From NCBI GenBank assembly GCA_964431915.1, contig CAYSLI010000002.1, positions 14,013 to 78,012 of the forward strand: DNA of 64,000 nt. Direction: 5' to 3'. The DNA is from an uncultured Candidatus Saccharibacteria bacterium. GTDB taxonomy: Bacteria; Patescibacteriota; Minisyncoccia; Minisyncoccales; CAZKCU01. A program made the position numbers and the translations under genes. Shown here in pieces: positions 60,473 through 64,000 of the stretch. Numbering within the stretch: position 1 is the first letter of the stretch; each line of letters begins with the position of its first letter. Below the pieces are notes generated by a model that worked only from the letters and a program-made list of their open reading frames with translations, searched no databases and was not told the origin of the DNA.

Positions 60473-62696
60473 ATCATTTATAAAAATTTTATCAATATTA
60501 TTAATTATCGGTCTTAACTGGGCCGGGCTTTCGGCTGTTGGCAAAACCTTTGCTTATTTTTCTGATACTGAGGATTCCGCAAGTAATAGTTTCCAAACAG
60601 GAATTTTAGATATGACTGTTCGTTCCGGACAGAACAATTTTACCCCTAATGCGGAAAATATGGTGGCGGGAGATCAAGTCAATAGAGATATCTATGTTGG
60701 AAAAACAGCTGGTAGTTCACCCTTACAATATAGAGTGAGCTATGAGCTTATAGACGGCAACGAGGATTTATGCAATCAACTGGATTTGAAGATTTGGTAT
60801 GATCATTATCAATGCGAAGGAAGCTACGAAGACTGCAGGGATATGAGGCTAACCTATAATGGAAAATTGTCTGCTCTTGATAAATATACTAATACTGATT
60901 TTATCATCCCTCATCCTGATGACCAGTTTGACACCGATCCAAGCGATGGCACAGAACAATGGTTTTATTACAGTATTGTTGTGCCAAACGATATTGCCGA
61001 TTCTTTCCAAGGCGAAGTTTGTGAATTTAAATTTGTGTTTGAAGGATGGCAAGATAACATAGATAATTACGAAGATGGCGGATTTACTGATGTTGAGGAA
61101 ATTGAAAATACTATTAAAATTGGCTATTGGAATCCTCCTGTAGTTTTAAATGAATTTTTGCCAAACGCCGGAAACTATCCAGAATTTATTGAGCTTTATA
61201 GTAAGACCGCTTCTTCAATTGACTTGAATGGGTTTTACATAAAGGCAAACGGCGACACTATTCCTATAAATACTACCACTACCAGTACTTATTCGGGTGG
61301 TTCTACGATAATACCAGCAAATGGTTGGCTTGTGGTAACTGCGGGTGGAGACAAGATTGGTGACAGTTCCGGTACTATTGCCCTTTATAACAGAAACAAT
61401 GTTTTGGTTGATTCTTATACTTATGGAAACCCTGACCACAATGTTAATAACACTCCGGGTTCAACAAATAATATGGCGCTCTATCTGCCTCTTGATAATG
61501 ATTTACTTGACCAGAGCGGAAATGGCAATAACGGAATAAATAATGGAGCAGTATTCGCAGCTGGAAAAATTAATCAGGGATTAAGTTTTGACGGAGTAGA
61601 TGATTATGCGATTATTACAAATAGTGATGACTTTGATTTTGGTTCGGGAGAATTTAGTGTGGAATTCTGGACTAAGACAGATTCTAGTTCAAGACAATGG
61701 GTAGGAACAAGATATGAAAATTATGGTCCTGGATGGGGATTAGGAACGCAAAATAGTCATACATTGGGTTATATCAGAACATCAGAGAGCGGAACGAATA
61801 AAACAGAAGCAGAGGGAACTGTTGATGTTGCTAATGATGATTGGCACCATCTTATAATGGTAAGAATAGGAGGTAAAATAAAAATCTATACTGATGGAAG
61901 TTTTGAGAAAGAGGGAACCTTGGCGGGTGATGTAAATAATGATGAACCCATTGAAATTGGAAGAATATCATGGTCTGGCGGGTCTCAATACTTTAAAGGA
62001 CTCATTGACGAAGTTAAAATTTATAATCGGGCTCTGAATGCAACGGAAATTTCAGAGCACTATAGCGATGTTGGTTCTTCGGGCGCAGTGCCATCAGATA
62101 AGTCATATGCCCGAATTCCGGATGGTGCTGATAATTGGGTAGATCCTATTCCTACGCCCGGTGAACCAAATATTTTAGAAGCAGAGATTATAAAACAAGA
62201 AGAAGTTATTGAAGAGGAACCAATTGTTGAAGAACCTATTGCAGAAGAACTACTCGTTGAAGAAACTCCAGTTGCCGAGGAAGAACCGGTTAACAAAGGA
62301 GAGCCAGTTATCGAAGAAGAACCAGCTGAGGAAATCCCGGTTATTGAAGAAGAATTAGTAATTGAAGAAGAATCAACCGAGGAAGAGATAATAGCTGAAG
62401 AAAATCAAGAACAGGAAGGAATAATAGAGGAAATAAATGAAATAATTGATGAGGTGATTGATGAAATAGTAGATGAAATAATGCCAGACGAAGAAATAGG
62501 GGATGGGGTAGTTTCGGAACCAGAAGCCCCAATTATTGAAGATATCCTAATCATTGAGGAGGCGTCCGCAGATGAAATTCCGGCAGTTGATGAACAACTA
62601 GCTACTGTGCCAGATGATAGTTCTTCTGTCCAAGACGGAGCTGTAGAAAGTGGCGGTGATTTATCAGGTGATGCCGGAGACAATATTAGTGAATAA
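60465..62696 (+). CDS. large secreted protein: SipW-type signal + TasA-like domain + lamin-tail domain + LamG-like domain + acidic tail
   Basis: GKTFAYFSDTEDSASNSFQTGILDM; VVLNEFLPNAGNYPEFIELY; FDGVDDYAII...WHHLIMV...GLIDEVKIYNRAL; E/I/V-rich C-terminus. Confidence 0.7.
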   Translation: MHKSFIKILSILLIIGLNWAGLSAVGKTFAYFSDTEDSASNSFQTGILDMTVRSGQNNFTPNAENMVAGDQVNRDIYVGKTAGSSPLQYRVSYELIDGNEDLCNQLDLKIWYDHYQCEGSYEDCRDMRLTYNGKLSALDKYTNTDFIIPHPDDQFDTDPSDGTEQWFYYSIVVPNDIADSFQGEVCEFKFVFEGWQDNIDNYEDGGFTDVEEIENTIKIGYWNPPVVLNEFLPNAGNYPEFIELYSKTASSIDLNGFYIKANGDTIPINTTTTSTYSGGSTIIPANGWLVVTAGGDKIGDSSGTIALYNRNNVLVDSYTYGNPDHNVNNTPGSTNNMALYLPLDNDLLDQSGNGNNGINNGAVFAAGKINQGLSFDGVDDYAIITNSDDFDFGSGEFSVEFWTKTDSSSRQWVGTRYENYGPGWGLGTQNSHTLGYIRTSESGTNKTEAEGTVDVANDDWHHLIMVRIGGKIKIYTDGSFEKEGTLAGDVNNDEPIEIGRISWSGGSQYFKGLIDEVKIYNRALNATEISEHYSDVGSSGAVPSDKSYARIPDGADNWVDPIPTPGEPNILEAEIIKQEEVIEEEPIVEEPIAEELLVEETPVAEEEPVNKGEPVIEEEPAEEIPVIEEELVIEEESTEEEIIAEENQEQEGIIEEINEIIDEVIDEIVDEIMPDEEIGDGVVSEPEAPIIEDILIIEEASADEIPAVDEQLATVPDDSSSVQDGAVESGGDLSGDAGDNISE

Positions 62697-62702
62697 TAAA
62701 TT

Positions 62703-63830
62703 ATGAATAAAGCATTAAAAATAATTTTAATTAGTTCAATAGCGATTTTTGGCGTAGGATTTTTACTTATACCCTCAAGTTTTGCGCAGGCAAAAGATTT
62801 AAATGTTCAATTCGAACAAACACCTTTATTTGATGAAGCAAACTTTTTACCCGGTTATAACATTACTCGTTGGGTCAAAGTAACTAATAACAGTTCTACT
62901 AGTCAAAAAATCGCGGCTGAAACGATAAAAGAAAGAGACCCAGACAATCTCGCCTCTCAAATGAATATAATCATCAAGGAGGGTGCGACAACTCTCTATA
63001 ACGATACTCTAGCAAGTTTTTTTGCCGCTGGAGAAGTTTTTCTTTCTAATTTAGCTGGAAATAGCGCTCAAACTCAATATGATTTTATTGTAACTTTTGA
63101 TTCAGCGACAGATAATCCATATCAGGGCAAAAGCTTGGGTTTTGACCTCTTAGTCGGCTTTCAGGGGACAGAAGGCGGCGGCGGAGGTGGCGGTGGTTTC
63201 TTGCCACCTGGGTTAACTATTGCGGAAGAATCAATTAAAGTAATTGCCACTGCTGAAACCAGTGTAACTATAATTTGGACAACTTCTTATTCTTCCACCA
63301 GCCAGGTGATTTATGCAGCTGCAGGAGAAACCCATACTTTAGATTTAACCGATAACGCTGGGATACCACCAAAATATGGTTACGCCCACACTACTCTTGA
63401 ATATGATACAAGCCCAAAAGTTACTGACCATTCAGTAACTATTACGGGTTTAACTCCTGGCACAACCTACTATTTTCGTTCTATTTCTCACGCTTCCTTA
63501 GCAGTTAGCTATGAATATAGTTTTACAACCAAAGGAGTAGCAGGAGGAATGGTAGAAGAAAGAGAAGAGGGAAAAATGGAAGAAAAAGAAAAACCTCTTG
63601 AGGAAGTTAAAGAGGAATTAGAGGGAAAAATACCACCTGAGGAAGAAATTAAAGAAGAAACGCCAAAAGAAGAAAAAAGATCTTTGGGAGAGATATTTGC
63701 CGCCGAGGGATTATTAGCGGCAATTGGCGCTATGCCCTTTAATCTGAGAGTAATTTTAATTATAGGCGGAATTATTATAATTGGATTGATTATCTTGCGG
63801 ATAATTAGAAAGAAAAAAATTAAAAGTTAA
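62703..63830 (+). CDS. secreted, C-terminally membrane-anchored protein with TasA-like N-domain and FN3-like domain
   Basis: Sec signal ..SSFAQA|KD, PGYNITRWVKVTNNS, poly-Gly linker, TIIWTTSYSSTSQVIY..TPGTTYYFRS, E/K-rich spacer, C-terminal TM + RKKKIKS. Confidence 0.55.
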   Translation: MNKALKIILISSIAIFGVGFLLIPSSFAQAKDLNVQFEQTPLFDEANFLPGYNITRWVKVTNNSSTSQKIAAETIKERDPDNLASQMNIIIKEGATTLYNDTLASFFAAGEVFLSNLAGNSAQTQYDFIVTFDSATDNPYQGKSLGFDLLVGFQGTEGGGGGGGGFLPPGLTIAEESIKVIATAETSVTIIWTTSYSSTSQVIYAAAGETHTLDLTDNAGIPPKYGYAHTTLEYDTSPKVTDHSVTITGLTPGTTYYFRSISHASLAVSYEYSFTTKGVAGGMVEEREEGKMEEKEKPLEEVKEELEGKIPPEEEIKEETPKEEKRSLGEIFAAEGLLAAIGAMPFNLRVILIIGGIIIIGLIILRIIRKKKIKS

Positions 63831-63999
63831 TCTGGTATACTTTTAAGCCATTCAAAAGATAGATTGCTTTTCCGTTATCGGAAACTGCAAAATCTTTTAG
63901 ATTGTCAAATTTTTCACTTTGGAATTGCTTAATAATTTTGCCAGTTTTGTCTAAAATAATTATTCGGTTCTGAATTGGTTCTAAAATATAAAAATAAGA
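63820..63999 (-). CDS. C-terminal fragment of a hypothetical protein (5' end off-window)
   Basis: Hand-translated open reverse frame ...ILDKTGKIIKQFQSEKFDNLKDFAVSDNGKAIYLLNGLKVYQINF*; not in the ORF track because it has no start. Confidence 0.35.
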   Translation of the reverse strand, partial: SYFYILEPIQNRIIILDKTGKIIKQFQSEKFDNLKDFAVSDNGKAIYLLNGLKVYQINF

Positions 64000-64000
64000 A

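Overview
AT-rich, gene-dense bacterial window dominated by housekeeping genes: ribosomal proteins, rpoA, aminoacyl-tRNA synthetases, gatCAB, murA, two mreB copies, dnaE, gyrB and nusG/nusB. Short single-domain proteins, domain-trimmed synthetases, Lys/Glu-rich extensions on ribosomal proteins, and rplK and rplJ-rplL loci with no adjacent rplA suggest a reduced, CPR/Patescibacteria-like genome; this is inference from content only. No rRNA, CRISPR array, integrase or transposase was seen. Main non-routine content: (1) A single tRNA transcription unit at 22042-23634. It holds an initiator tRNA-fMet(CAU) split by a 232-nt ORF-less group I intron, a second CAU tRNA, a tRNA-like remnant, and a free-standing HTH+LAGLIDADG homing endonuclease whose stop codon lies inside an intact tRNA-Asp. 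It ends with a 5'-truncated tRNA pseudogene and a terminator. (2) A SipW/TasA-like secreted fibre/adhesin operon (58777-63830) preceded by an unusual triple-hairpin GC-rich leader. (3) A 125-nt GC-rich multi-stem intergenic RNA candidate (16212-16336). (4) A second homing-endonuclease-like gene (5 HTH repeats + NUMOD3 + Vsr-like nuclease) between deoC and gatB. (5) GC-rich palindromes inserted in frame in rnhB and other genes. (6) A pyrimidine deoxynucleotide operon with a long divergent ThyX-like protein. All calls come from reading the sequence and ORF translations; no searches were run.
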